Source: Stylophora pistillata
Taxonomy: Eukaryota
Length of the DNA: 64,000 nucleotides
NCBI RefSeq assembly: GCF_002571385.2
Contig: NW_019217815.1
Coordinates: forward strand, 882,097 to 946,096
Direction of reading: 5' to 3'
Shown here: one piece after another, positions 1 through 13,700 of the stretch
Numbering within the stretch: the first letter of the stretch is position 1
Layout: the number at the start of each line of letters is the position of its first letter
Notes under the pieces: generated by a model
Database searches by the model: none
Seen by the model: only the letters and a program-made list of their open reading frames with translations
Told to the model about the DNA's origin: nothing
Program-made: the position numbers and the translations under genes

Positions 1-620
1 CATAGACTAACTGAGATACTCCTAACGTTTTAGCTAATAATGATCTTCCATATAGCGTCAAATCCCTGGAAAGCCATAGATTTAATTTGGTTTTCATCTT
101 TCGAATCCTGCTAAGAAAGTTCTCTTCGATGTTTTTATTTTGATTGTACGATAGAAACGTGCCTAGAACTTTAATAGGGCTCTTTGTGCTTTTGAATTCT
201 AATATATTCAACGTACTGTGTTTCATTGTACCCAGCCACATTGCTTTAGTCGTTTTCTTATTTAACTTTAAGCCTGAGACGGTGCCGAATACTTCAATTG
301 TTTGGAGATGTGATTTAAGAGAGTCCGTGTTGTTAGTTATTGTGGTTGTATCGTCTGCAAATAGAGAAATTTTTACTTCTTGGTTGTTCGGTAAATAATT
401 ATAGGCCCTCGCAGTTCCTGTTTTGGCGTATCTTAAGGGCTAACAACTCGCCTGCAAGAATAAATAAAGAGGGGCTAAGTGGACAGCCTTGGCGAACTCC
501 TTGTTATTTCGAAATAGTTTGTCATAAATCCGCCATTTACAACGGAGCTCTGTATACCATTGTATAACACAGTAAACCATTTTTTAAACTTATTTCCAAA
601 ATTAAAAACTTCTAAGGTTT
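1..620 (-). mobile_element. Degenerate non-LTR retrotransposon (Tx1/L1-clade) reverse transcriptase fragment, intronic and antisense to RIMBP
   Basis: Minus-strand translation gives FNFGNKFKKWFTVLYNG..., [30 protein letters not shown] (RT catalytic motif, ~347-368), SGLKLN and LNLWLSRDLTLYGRSLLAKTLGVSQLVY, with frameshifts and stops. Runs off the window start. Confidence 0.85.
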
Positions 621-771
621 TTGATATGAAATAGGGATGGAACATGGTAATGTATTTGCATTTAGGAGTTATCTGAGCTGTCTTGTCAGTGAAGCTGGCT
701 TTACTGGGTGAGGTACTCAACAGCTGTTACTCATCAAGTTCCTGATGACATTTGTCTTTTTCTGGGAACAG

Positions 772-3549
772 GATCTTAAGACCATGGAGCAACAAAAGAA
801 GACAATAGAGAAGGAACATCTTAGCAGTGTTGAAAAACTTAAGGAAAGAGAAGAAGAAATTAGACAACTTCACAAGGTACATGTACATGTAAGGATGAAT
901 ATGGTCTCAACAGTTTTAGAATTGTAGTCCTCATCCTCTGTGTTTCTTAATTATGACAAATTTCCTTGAGTTCCAAACCAAAGGTGTACTTTTGAAAGAC
1001 ACTCCCTTCTCATGAGATGTCAACAACTACCAGCACCATACAAGTGACTGTATTTGCAACAGTAACAAAACAATTAAAGCAAAATAGGACAAACTAACTT
1101 TACTGATAGATCAAAACTGAGCAGTCATGTCCAACATTTGCTACTTTAGTTTTGAAGCTAGTGTAAAAAAACTGACCAACCAGTTCATACAGGCCTGACT
1201 CTTTCCATTCAACTGACAAACAACTTTGTGTTTGACTCTGATGCTGACTAATGCCCAGGTTATCAAAAGCATCAGTAACTTTTATGGACAACAGTCCTTT
1301 ACTGGTCTACTCTCACCCAGATAAGTAGACTACATGATCAGCAGTAATACTGCTCATAGCACAATGTACCTCATTTCTGTACCAAATCTTTTTTTGCATA
1401 CTATTTGAAATGTAAATGTAGCAGTAACTGTTTGAAGTAAAGTACAAAGTTATGGTCTGTTCTCATAAATTCTAGTTGTTAAGTAAATTTACATGCTCAA
1501 TGCAAAGTTGGCATATAGCGTGTTCATGTTGTGTACATGTAGCTAAGAAAACTGGAGAATGGGGGAAACCCTCAAACTTAAATTAGAACTTAATATACAT
1601 CCTATTTTTTAATACAGATCCAGGAGGAAGCCAACCGAGCTCATGAGATGGCTGTGACATCACTAGAAGATACTGTGTGTAGTTTGGAACAGAAGTGTAT
1701 TGAGGCTGAAAAGAACAATATTAACCTCAAAAAAGAGATGGAGGAATTGAAACAGATGGAAAGAAACAGTAATAGAAGAAAAGAAGAAATTTGTCACCGA
1801 TCAACTCAGACTACACTTGAAACAGTAAACAAAGAAATTCCAGCTGTTGTGGAAGTTAAAGGTAAAAGATCAACAGAATGGCTTAACTTTTAGAGGTTGG
1901 TCTTTAAGAGTGCTGTGTCCTTCCCCTAACATAATTCAATTGTACAAAACCACAGGCATTGCAATCAAAGGTCAGCCTTCACTTGAAGAAAGTCCACAAC
2001 CACTTTGCAAACTTACTAGTGATGCTACAGATGTACTGTCATCTCAGATCATGCCAACCAAGTCTGCTACTTATGAAGCAAAGGTAGGTTCTCCCCACAT
2101 CAACTCTAGCAAGCCACAACCTGTAGGAAGAGAAGAGGCAAGCACTAAAGGTTCTGCAGCTCCAGCATCAGAGGATATATTAGAGTCACTGGCTTCAAGA
2201 ATTAATCAGCTAGCAGCATCTGATAGTGAAGATGATCCAATCAGCGGTATGTCATTTTGATTTAAGCATGATTCGCATTGTGTTTTCAAAATGCCTGTTG
2301 TCAGCCTTGTTTCTGACTTCCTGCTAATGGAGGGGAAAATGAAGAGTGTTTTGGTATGTCGAAATTCAGCCATTGAGAAGGGCTCACCATCAACCTTGTG
2401 TACAAAGATGGTTGTAGACTACTGATCAGTGATTAAGTTTAGTGCATTCAACCAATTATTTACAATTTGCATGATGTTGTGTTGCTCCTTTTAAACACAG
2501 GTTAAGCAAGGAGTCATTGTATTTTTTTAATTCCATTTTTTTTTTGTTAGAAAAAGCATACGAGGATCTAAGGGATGACCAGGAAAAAGATGAGAAACCA
2601 GAAAGACCAGAGGTGGATTTTGATGACTTGCATTGGCGCATTGATCAAGCAGAAGCAGGTGAAGATACCAGCAGCTCCATCAGTACAAGGGAAAGAGCCT
2701 GCAGCGAGGCCAGTCAAGATATGGCCAGCATGGCTGAAGGAGACCTAGGTGACTTGGAGGATAATCAGCCAGACAGCTCTGCTCCTGAAGATGAACAGCC
2801 CGAGCACTCTGCACTGCAACCTATTGGTGAGTTTGGGTGCAAACCATTTTTATTCACAAGTTACAAAGCATCAAAAAACTTTACTCATTCGCTGCACTCA
2901 CTCGTTCATTTTTTGAGTGATTAGGAATGATTGAAGCACTTTCCACAGTTTGACGTTTTTATTTCATACATACTGAGATTTTTCCTTACTGACCAACACA
3001 TTTCAAAGATTGAAAGCAAACGACTGTGAAAATCCAACGATTGTCCAATCAGAGACACGAACGATAGTACTTCACAGTGTAAATCTCAGTATGTTCATGT
3101 ATGAAATATCCTTTATACTTGCTGGTTTCTTTTTAAGTAAGGAAAGATCTGTCTCCTTTTTAAGACAATCACTACTTGCCCATAAGCCATGTCAGGATTG
3201 ATTTTTAGCTTTTGGCCAAAACAAGAACAGTACAGTGGGAGGAGTGGGCTCTGGAGAGCAGGAATGGCGTAGTAGTGAGAGCACTCACCACCCATCAATT
3301 CTTCAGTTCGATTTCCAGATCCTGGCTTCACATATGGGTTGTGGTTGTTGTTTGTTTGTTTGTTGCTTGCTCCAATGGGTTTTTCTCCAGGTCCTCCAGT
3401 TTCCTCTCCACAAAAAGCAACATTCTAAATTCCAACTTGACCTGGAAACAGTAGACAGGAAGAGCCAGCTCACAGAATGTCTACTGTTAAATTCTATTGT
3501 TATTAGTACTACTGTTATTATTACAACTACCTTGTATTATTAATGTTAC

Positions 3550-3582
<33 letters not shown>

Positions 3583-4675
3583 CATTAGCATTATTAGGAC
3601 TATATTTGTAATGTACGGATGACAATCAATTTGATTACCATCAGGTAAACTGAATGTGCATAATGCCAAGCCAGCAAGCAGTGAGGACATTACAACAGAT
3701 ACCAACAATAGATTCAATGCTGAAGAGGAGGTACTGGACACGAAATACCTTGAAGGAGACAACAGTGATGCAGATCCAGCTATACAAGAGAAACTTGCTG
3801 TCTATATAGCAAGGTACAGTTATGACCCTCAGCAATACTCGCCAAATGAGAATCCTGATATGGAGCTGGCATTCCAGGCTGGAGATTATTTGTATGTCTT
3901 TGGCGAGATGGATGAGGTAAGGGAATACATGTCATGAACTGCGTGCACCTTTGAACTTTGAAGCATGAGAGGTGCCAGGCCTTTTGGTGAAATATAGATA
4001 AAGTTGGCGCACAACCTATGGACCAATCTTGCTGGAGCTTATCCAGGTGTATGCAGCACGAAGTGTGGATTATAGATTTTCAACCTTGGATGGGATGCTT
4101 GTCAATCGCAGGATAACCTAGACTGCGAGCAGGCCCTTATTGTTACCGCGGCTGAACGCGCATTTCGCCGCCCGCGGGAAGAGTTGGGACGAGTCGGGGA
4201 TAGGTTTACCCGGGGGATCTGGGTTTATCAGTGGCAGACCCCTTGCAGACTTGTCGCCAGCTTTCGATTTGGAATATAGAAAGTAAAATCTTTTCCAATG
4301 GTTATTTTTTTTTCTGAATAATAGGATGGGTACTTTTTGGGTGAATTGATGAATGGCCAGAGAGGATTTGTACCTTCCAACTTTGTGGAGAAAGTCGCAG
4401 GTAAGAGCAGCTTAATTAAGAGTATCAATTAATCAAGTTGTTCAGAAATTACTGGGCCTAGCTGGGCTGTTCGAAGGTCGATTAGTATTAACCCGAGGTT
4501 AAATTAATCTGAGTTTCATTTCCTTTTATTCGAAAGCATTTTCTCGGTTAATATTCTCTATTAGTATATACTAAAACAGTGGANNNNNNNNNNNNNNNNN
4601 NNNNNNNNNNNNNNNNNNNNNNNNNNNNNNNNNNNNNNNNNNNNNNNNNNNNNNNNNNNNNNCGCTCTCTCTCTC

Positions 4676-4728
<53 letters not shown>

Positions 4729-7700
4729 CTCTCTCAGTCTCTCTCAGTCTTCTATGGTCTGTTTTCTACTCAAAAAAAGTAATGTCTGTTACTGTATTGT
4801 AAATAACTGTCCGTTTTCTTTGACACTCCACATTCTATGATCTTGTTGTTGCATTCCATGACCTACATTTAACTTTTTAAAGTATCGTTTTGTTTAGGAC
4901 AGCCTGATGTACCAATAAAACGTTTTGAAAATACGTTTATCGATGTATGTTATGTTTGATTCAGGTGTTGAAAGCACGATTTGTAGTAATCCATTTTTAA
5001 TTGCTATTGAAATGTTTAGTTAGTTTGTGAGCAGTTAACCCAGGATTAGTGTGGACACTGGTTTGAACAGCGTAACATTGACAAGCATGTTTGTTTGGTA
5101 CTTTAACTTTCAGATGAAATACTAGACAGCAGTGATGAAGAAGAAACAGATGGTAACTACATTTTTTTTTTTTCAATTACAAAGAGAGTCTAAAAAAAGA
5201 AAGAAGGAAAAAAAAACTGAAAATAACTTAAACTGTTTTTTGTTCGAAGTTAATTTTCTAACTTCTTCACCGACAATAACAGTCCTGCTTTTTAAAAAAA
5301 TGTTTCAAGACCCTAAATTATTTGTAACTGTCGTCTAACCAAAGTAGCGGTATAAAAGAAACAGAAAAGAGTAAAGTTAATCTAACCTTAACAAAGATGA
5401 TAACAATAACCATTTGAAACGTTGTGAATAATGATCTGTTTTACGGCGCTCACTAACTCGATTTGCTTAATGTCACCGCCGAGGTGTCCTATCCTTAAAT
5501 AGTTTTGTCCAGTCACTCCTGGGTTGTTCATATAATGTTCTTCATACGCTTGTTTGCTCATACGTGCTCTAAAACTAACGATACCTATATTGCTGATATC
5601 AGAAGAGGAAAGCTTCTCGGAAGGTGGAGAAACCGAACTTGCAATGCCGGGAGAAAATGGCGAGCGGCAGATGAAACCAGTGCGCATGCTTAAGTTCTCT
5701 GGTAATCTCTGGCAGTCAATAGACTGCTTTATAAATCTCATGTTCATTTTATTTAACGTAGCCTTTTAAGATTTTGTAAGAAAACAGTACCTTTACGCAT
5801 CAACTAAACAATAAACGTTTAAATCAAAACACATTTCTCAAAGAGTACATTCCCCAAAAATGTAATTTGATAGGACAGTTTGAAGGGAAAAAACAGAATT
5901 GTGGATAATATTTTAAAAGTGTTACTTGATAACCACTTTTTCCTGAAGGTACGAAGAGCAAATTATCATTAGAGAAAATCTTCTTTAAATTAAAGAAGTT
6001 ACCATTTTGATGGTCATCTCTATAACTATTAAGCAATTTTTTTGGTAGTTTTTGGTACATTCGCTTTTAAGTGAGTAAATGTTGCTACGTTCTCTTTTAA
6101 AGATGCAGGATTTAAGTTACTTCCGCACAGAAAGTAAATTGTTCAATGTAAACACGCTTTAAACATATCAATACCGGCTTTTTCTTATTACAATTTTATT
6201 GGTACTTCCAGGTATAAAATTAAATGCATTCCTATAGCCTAATGCTTTGTTTGTGATTAGTGCGTGACATTTTTTTGTTTGTCACGTCAGGTAAACTTCA
6301 TCGTGCGTTACGCTTGTCAGTGGAACACATCCCCGATGTTGGACTACAGGACATTGAGGAAGAAGATGAAGAGGATATGCAGGAGGAATCAGAAGGGGAA
6401 CATGACTCTGAAAATGAATTTGATGAACAGGATGGTTCGAAAGAAACTGAATTTAACCAGGATGGAATCACGAGTGACGAGATTGATATAATGCCTCGCA
6501 GTAAGTCATGCCATTGTTAGGCCGTGCTGTGGACTACCCTCCCTGTTGCATAATTATTTATCTGGGTATATCGTAGTAGTTAATTTTTACATTCAGAGCT
6601 ATTTTCTACTTGAAGCAAGAGAGGAAACCGAACAATTGCGATGGGTTGAGATGCCTAAATGGGAACAATGCGTTGTTTTAAACAAGCCTCTTATATGTAT
6701 TACAAGATGATTCGGTTTTTATGAATTGAGTTGATAATGTAATTTAGCCAAGGAAAAGAGTTTCTAAAGCAGTCGTTTCGGGAGTCAGTCCCGTCTTTCG
6801 CTCTAACGAAGGGCTAAAGCTCGAAACGTCACCTTACATTATCAACTCAGTTGCTAAAACCAAATGATCTTGTAAACCCCCCCCTGACACAGCACCACCG
6901 TTTATCAACAAACTTACCCCTTCACAGAAGTATGTTTGGACATGCAGCTGCTTTGACACTGATTTCTTTCTGTCCTACTTTGTTATCTCAGGAGTTCCCT
7001 CCCCAAGGCGACTCCACCTTGAGCGTCAGTTTACCCGGAGCGTGCTCCTAAGCTGGAAACCCGCTGATTTGTCTGCAGACCAAGTGAAAGGTTATGGTGT
7101 GTATGCGAATGGAGAGCTACGACTTATGATCAAAGGAAGCAACAAGACTAAGGCGCTTCTGGAAGATATTGACCCCCAGGAGGTAAGATTCAACTATTCT
7201 TCTATTGCACATGAACGGAAATGATAGTGCAGTAAACTATTGACTGGAGTTGAATAGTTTTCAATTTCGGGAAGTTGCTGAATGTGTGTGTACGTGTCGA
7301 TTATTTTCAGTAGTAGATGAAAGGGCAATAAGAAAACGAAGGGAGGTATTTAGGTTCAAGCTCTCTTTTTGAAATGTTTTCTAGTTTCAACATGAATTCC
7401 AGTTCAGCTTGTGATTTAGAAGCTTTTCTCATGTTCTCGTAACATCCCGCGTGGCTTTATCACGTTATAGAGCCCTAAAAAATGTGCTTTGTATTACTTA
7501 ATTACATGATGATGCATTGATTTCGTAAAGGCAAATTTCATTTTAATTTGGATATATCAACAAAGTTGAAATGGTAAATTGGCCACCGTAATGATTACAA
7601 AAGCTGACGTTTCGAGCGTTAGCCCTTCGTCGGAGCGAATGGGCTAACGCTCGAAACGTCAGCTTTTGTAATCATTACGGTGGCCAATTTACCATTTCAA

Positions 7701-10700
7701 CTTTGTTGATATATCCAAATTATTTCGTTACTCCCACCGACGCAGCCCCAAACAGTTTCTTTCGAAACTATCAGCCTTTATAAATTTCATTTTAGTTGCT
7801 TCTGAGAGTTACAGGCCAAAGTTGAAGTTTTTTGTTTTCTTCTTGCATCAGACATACCGCATCTCTGTACGCACCATCACAACCCAGGGAGAGGAATCAT
7901 CAGACCGCTCAGCTGTAGTGACTATTGGCAAAGGTTAGCTCTATGCAACAGTCAAACGTTCGGAGTAATGGCTTAAACTGGCTAGTGGAAATCGAAAACC
8001 ACTAGTCTGGCTAGTTGGCTACCGTTAGTGTCGAGCCCTGCTTTAGCACATCGACAAGTCGGATTAAATGGGAATAGGGAATCCTCGTGGTTAAGTTTAT
8101 CCTTCATTTTTCTCTTAAGGTTCGTCAAGTTTTTCCCAACTCTTTGTTTTCTTGCTTTAGACGCAAACTTTGCTCCCAGTCACGTGCATGTCACGTGCAT
8201 TTCTCCCACGTCAGCGAAGATTGAGTGGTCGCCTGGCAACAGTTCATTGAGCCACGAAATCCTTCTCAATGGGGACCTCTATAGAACAGTTCGCCCTGGA
8301 ACCTTCCAGCACACAATCAGTAATCTTGAACCGGATCAGTTGTATAAGGTTCATATACGTGCCAAGGATCCCAAGCGAGTGTCAATTGCCGATCGTGAAG
8401 GGGATATCGAAGTCGATCTGTTGACAGCTGAAGCAGAATTTAGAACTGAACCAGGAGGTAGGTTAAGAAACCTTTTCTAAATAGTGATATTTTTAAAGAG
8501 CAGGGTGCCGGAGCACTTTTTGATTGGGTGTTGTCGGACTAACAACGACTGGTTAGAACCAAGGGAAATACCGCAAGAGGCAAGAAACAACCGGGTTGCC
8601 AGAGGAGCGAAGGACCAAGTTGCGATTATTTTTAATTCTGCGCATGATTGATCGAAAGGATGGCGCGAGATATTTGACCCATCACCGAGCGAAGCAAAGT
8701 AGAACCAGAGCAGTTTATCAATAGTGCTTTATTACTTCTACCTCTTTTAGCCTTGACTAGTGGGCTTTCCAAGGAGAACTTGAAGTGTGTGCTCATATCG
8801 AAGGAATTTATGATATCGCTCTATGTTAAGTTCTTGTTCCACACCTTACACTGGGCTGAGAAATACAGTTTTTCATACTGGGATCTCCGCTTCAGTGATA
8901 TCGTGAAAGTTGACCAACCTGACATCGATGTCAATCACTGTCTAGTCCTAAAATGAAATAGCGCCTTTTAGAATCACTTAATCTGCTTCAATAGTGTTCG
9001 TAGAATTGACGTTGCCTGTAAGGAGACTGAGAATGGCTTCACAATCCATTTTTTCCGGCGTCTTTTGTTAATGAATGCGCTGAATACAATGATGATTTTT
9101 AAATTTTCCTTAGATAATGAATTAATGAAGATCCTCACAGGCAGTTTTTTCGCGTATGGGTGTACCCTTGCTATGTACCCTGGCTGTGTACTTAGCTATT
9201 GCTATTTTTTCAAGGTCTGCCAGATCCCCCTCTCGATGTGGAAGCTACCCCAGGCCAATCAAACTCACTTGATGTCAACTGGATTCCAGTGACAATTACA
9301 AACAAAGGTACCTCAAACGGCGCTCGCGTGACAGGATACAAAGTTTACATCAACGGCTTTCTATGTACGGAAGTCACATCTCCTACAGCAGATTGCGTGA
9401 CAGCCGTGTCATGGATGGTCGAACGGGGGAGCAAGAGAAGTGACAGCGGTGATCTTCGTGTTATTGTCAGAACTCAGTCTTGTGAGGGCGAGTCAGCGGA
9501 TTCAAATGAAGTTGCCCTGCCCGTAGATATGTTTAACTTCAAGGTAAATCAGGTTATAAAACCCAAAGAAACTGAGCAGGTATCACAGAGAAATGATATG
9601 TTGCTAGAAATATCTGCTGTCGAAGATTACGAAAGCCACGAAGGCTCAGCTAACTTGGCGAATGGTGAGCTGGTTTCTGACGGTTCAAGGGAACGAGCCG
9701 ATAGCGTAAGACGCTTCAGTATGGGCGAGAATGGACAGCCACAGGTAGTTTTAGTTGAAGACATTGCCAAACATACTAAGGACGATTCTGGTCCTCTTGC
9801 GCAGCCCCGAACCAAGGGAGAACCGGTTGTATGGAAATACGAGGCCGAAGATGAATCAGAAACTGCGGATAGTATCACGAAAAGCGAAGGAAGAAGTGGA
9901 TCTGAAGACGAAGACGAAGACGAAGACGAAGACGATGAAGAAGTTGAGATTTGTATACCAGACGATTCGGACGATAAGGAGCCAGCTGTTCACACAAAGA
10001 CTGTAGTGAATGTGGAAGAACAAGGATATCAACGGCTTGAAGAGGTACCTATTTGCTTCTCTTAATGTTTTAGTTGTTGACGGAAAGTTGGGTTTTTATT
10101 TCTTTTTTTTGTGTGTTTTCTTTGGTACGTGGTTCGTTTAACAACCTATAGTAGAAAACTGGAGCACTGATTTCTCGAACTAGATGGAAACAATAATAAT
10201 AATAATGATAACTTTTATTTATATAGCGCTCATATCCTGAGCTCATGGCGCTTTACAACACTGTGCGGGGGACTGTACCAGACTGCTAAGCAATTTACAA
10301 TCTGAATCAAGATGCCCCCTCCCCCCCAATTCCCAGTAAACAGGCCAGACCACATCACAGTTATCTCGTGAGTGGGTTCTTTAACGTTCCCTGCCTAACC
10401 AAATTAACTAATTAATAGATGCAGGAGACGGGACCTCCGGTTTATTCGTCCTTATCCGAGAAGACTAGAATGTCTATCCATTTCTTGATGTTATAGAAAG
10501 GTAGCACATTCTCCTCAGTTATTTTAAGACCTTGAGTGTTGGTCCGGCCGGGGCTTGAACCCTCGACCTCCCGCACAGCAGTCCGGCGCTCAACCAATTG
10601 AGCTAACCGGGAGGCGGTTAAATTAAAAGGGAAATCTCTTTGCGGATTTATATGTCGACTGTGTTTGATGATTTCGCCTGACCATCCATGTATTCTAAGC

Positions 10701-13700
10701 ATATACTGTAAGCGTTGGTCTGTGAAGCGTATAAGATAATCAGCAGAAGTGTAGAGCAAACATCGCAAATAATCTTTCTTTAATCTTACCATTTTCTACG
10801 TTGAAAGGGGCAATACCAGCATACTCTGTTGGAAGAAATATATGAATGTTTTTTTTTTATTACGGTGGTTGTTTGACCAACGACTTCAAACGTTTATTCG
10901 TAAGCCTTCGGTTAGAGCACCGTCGCTTTCAACTCACAACATCTGGTCATGTAATTCTTCGTTCTGAGTATCATACATTTCTTGTAAATTGGATGAGCCT
11001 TTCACTTCAAAGATCTCATTCGTAATTCTTCTCACTGTCTGCCTCATAATTCGTATGCTTTTAGTACTGAGAATTTGCTATTGATTTAGTTAATAATCCT
11101 CTGATTTTATATTTATTCTCTATTTTCATCACTTATCTACTTGATATTACAAGGGGTAATTCTGGCTTGGTCTCTCAAAATAGTAAAGATAACTTGTCAC
11201 GGGTTACCGAATTACTTACTGAAGTTGTGATGGAAATTACATGTCCTGTGATTCTTGTGTTTAGAGTAACGATGACATCGAAGCGGAAACCGGAGCTCCC
11301 GAGGACGAGCAACAGTTTGTTGAAGAAAAACAAGCGCTTTCTGGCGAAGAAGTGTCAGAAACGCAAGAGAATTCTTCAAGAACTAGAAAGGAGAGCGGAA
11401 CGTCTTTGGAAAGTGACCTGGACATGGAAGAATTAGGACAGTCATTGGAAGAAGCGCAAAATATTCAACGAACAAGTCCCGAGGGGAGGGAGAGCGAGGA
11501 TAGAATGCCTTACATTAGGCCACTAGAGTATGACGAGAGTGACTTTGAAAGTGAATCAAGCGAACAGGCCCCGCTTTCCATAATTCAGGAAGAAGACGAG
11601 GAAGACTTGTCGGAAGAGATACATTTTCCGCGCTCACACTCGGCCTCCGAGGGTTTCGAGAGCGACGATGATGTCATGGATTTACTCGACGATGAGCAAG
11701 TTTGGGATCAATCGTCAGGACGCGTCGACTTCGAAAGCGGTTGTAAAGTATCGCAAAGAGAAGGTCCTTCGGCGGTGAACATCAATAAAACGTCTGAGAG
11801 TCAAGGCTTTGGAAAATATTTAGCTAACAGTGACCAGCTAAGAACAACCGCTGCTCACGATTCACCTTACAGACTTGTGGATAACATAAAGCTTTCAGAA
11901 AGCGAAGGAGAATTGGTGGACAACGATGGCATCGACATCACCTACAGTGACACTGAGGCAGACCGAGGTGGATTAGAAACGAGTTTGACTCCGCTGGATG
12001 GACAGTATGGGGAAGGAATGACACGGGAAGAAATACCTCAACATCCTGCGTATGACAAAGCTGCGCCCTCTGCGGAGGGACAGGCGCCTTCTGATCAAGG
12101 ATACGTGGGCGAAGGGGCTTCGGAGGAGCAAGTGCGTGTGTTCTTAGCCCTTTATGATTATGACCCTGCTACGATGTCACCGAATCCCGATGCTGAAGAG
12201 GAAGAGCTGACGTTCAATGAAGGAGACTTGATAAAGGTAGGAAGAGGGACTTGGTAAGATTAGGTAGGAGTTTTCATTTTGATGACGAGTATGAGGTCAA
12301 GCACTCCTTTTGTCACAAAAGTTTTGATTTTTAAGGCGTTGTGCAAAGTGTATTCGCTAAGTAAATAAAGTTCTTTTTTTCCCGGCTTTGAGCTGACACT
12401 ATTGTTGACGACTGAAGCCGTTTGGATTTCCAGTGCCTTCATATGCAGCCCGTTAGACAACAAGCTGTTTATATCGGCCAAATTCGTTAATATTTCCTGG
12501 AATCTCCCATAAATGATAGCCGCACATAATTTGGTTGATTGTTTAATCGCTCACTTTGTCAGGTTTACGGCGACAAGGATGAAGATGGCTTTTACTGGGG
12601 CGAACTGAACGGGAAAGCGGGGTATATTCCATTCAACATGGTATCAGAAGTTCCTCTGGACGACGAAGAGTCCGGTAGTAATGTCACGGCGCCTTACCTG
12701 AGCATGACCCAGGAATCTGACACTCAGCCCCAGTCCCTCGAGAAAGCTTCCCGTGCAGAGGAGACCGAAGCCGCTTCTAACGCGTCTGACAAATTGCTTG
12801 AGGAAGTAATCCTAGAAGATGGCGAAGAATTTGAGGACCCGAGAGCGAGTGACAATTATCAGCTGCCACCCAGGAGAATGGTAGCTCTGTTTGATTATGA
12901 TCCACAGACTCTGTCGCCCAACCCTGATAGTGAGGTAAGAACAGCAGTTGATCAGGACACTTTTTTTTTCCTTTCATACAACTGAATCATCTCATTGGTG
13001 GTTGGAAGGAAAATGATGCACCACTTGTCTCTCGCAGGTAGTCTTCAAAATGTTATGAGGCGACTAGGTTTTACACAGAAGATTTGCATTCTCATTCGTT
13101 ACTTTGGTTTGTGTGTCAGTAATACGACGTCCATCTTGAAATGACCGCTTCTGGTCCTTACAATTTGGAAGTTCAGTTTTTTCCTTATTTTGCAACCTTA
13201 TTTATTTTGACAGCCACCTTTCTATGACGACCAGCCCTTTCTGGCTGGAGTGAAGGTCTAATGAAAGAGATCTCAGTGTATTTGAACAAGTATCTACGTC
13301 GGCTGAATGAAGTGTATTGTTGTAATGTTTGTTTACGTTGGTAAAATAAATTTTACACTATTAGATTTACATACCGTTCGTTACGGTTTGAGTGGCAAAG
13401 TTGTGTCTCCAGTTTTTTCTTACACTTTTCGTTCTTGTTTGTCAGGTTGAACTTAAGTTTAGAGTTGGTGATATAATTTATGTATACGGTGATATGGACG
13501 AGGATGGTTTCTTTACAGTAAGTGGCGCAGTAACAAGTATCGGTAGATTTTTGTACTCTTTTGGGTCCACGGTGGTTCATTTCACCTCAATATGTCATCC
13601 TTTCTTCAAAAGTGCGTCACAGAACTAGTGAAAACGATCAAGTAGCGTGAATCCAAAGTTAAAATCTTCGTAAGGGTGTTAAAGAAAAGAGCCAAATATC

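Noticed and set aside
10442-10792. 116-aa minus ORF and its tRNA-like segment
   Set aside because: It is a translation of a SINE head. The tRNA-like part runs into a SINE body and tail, so it is neither a protein gene nor a tRNA gene.
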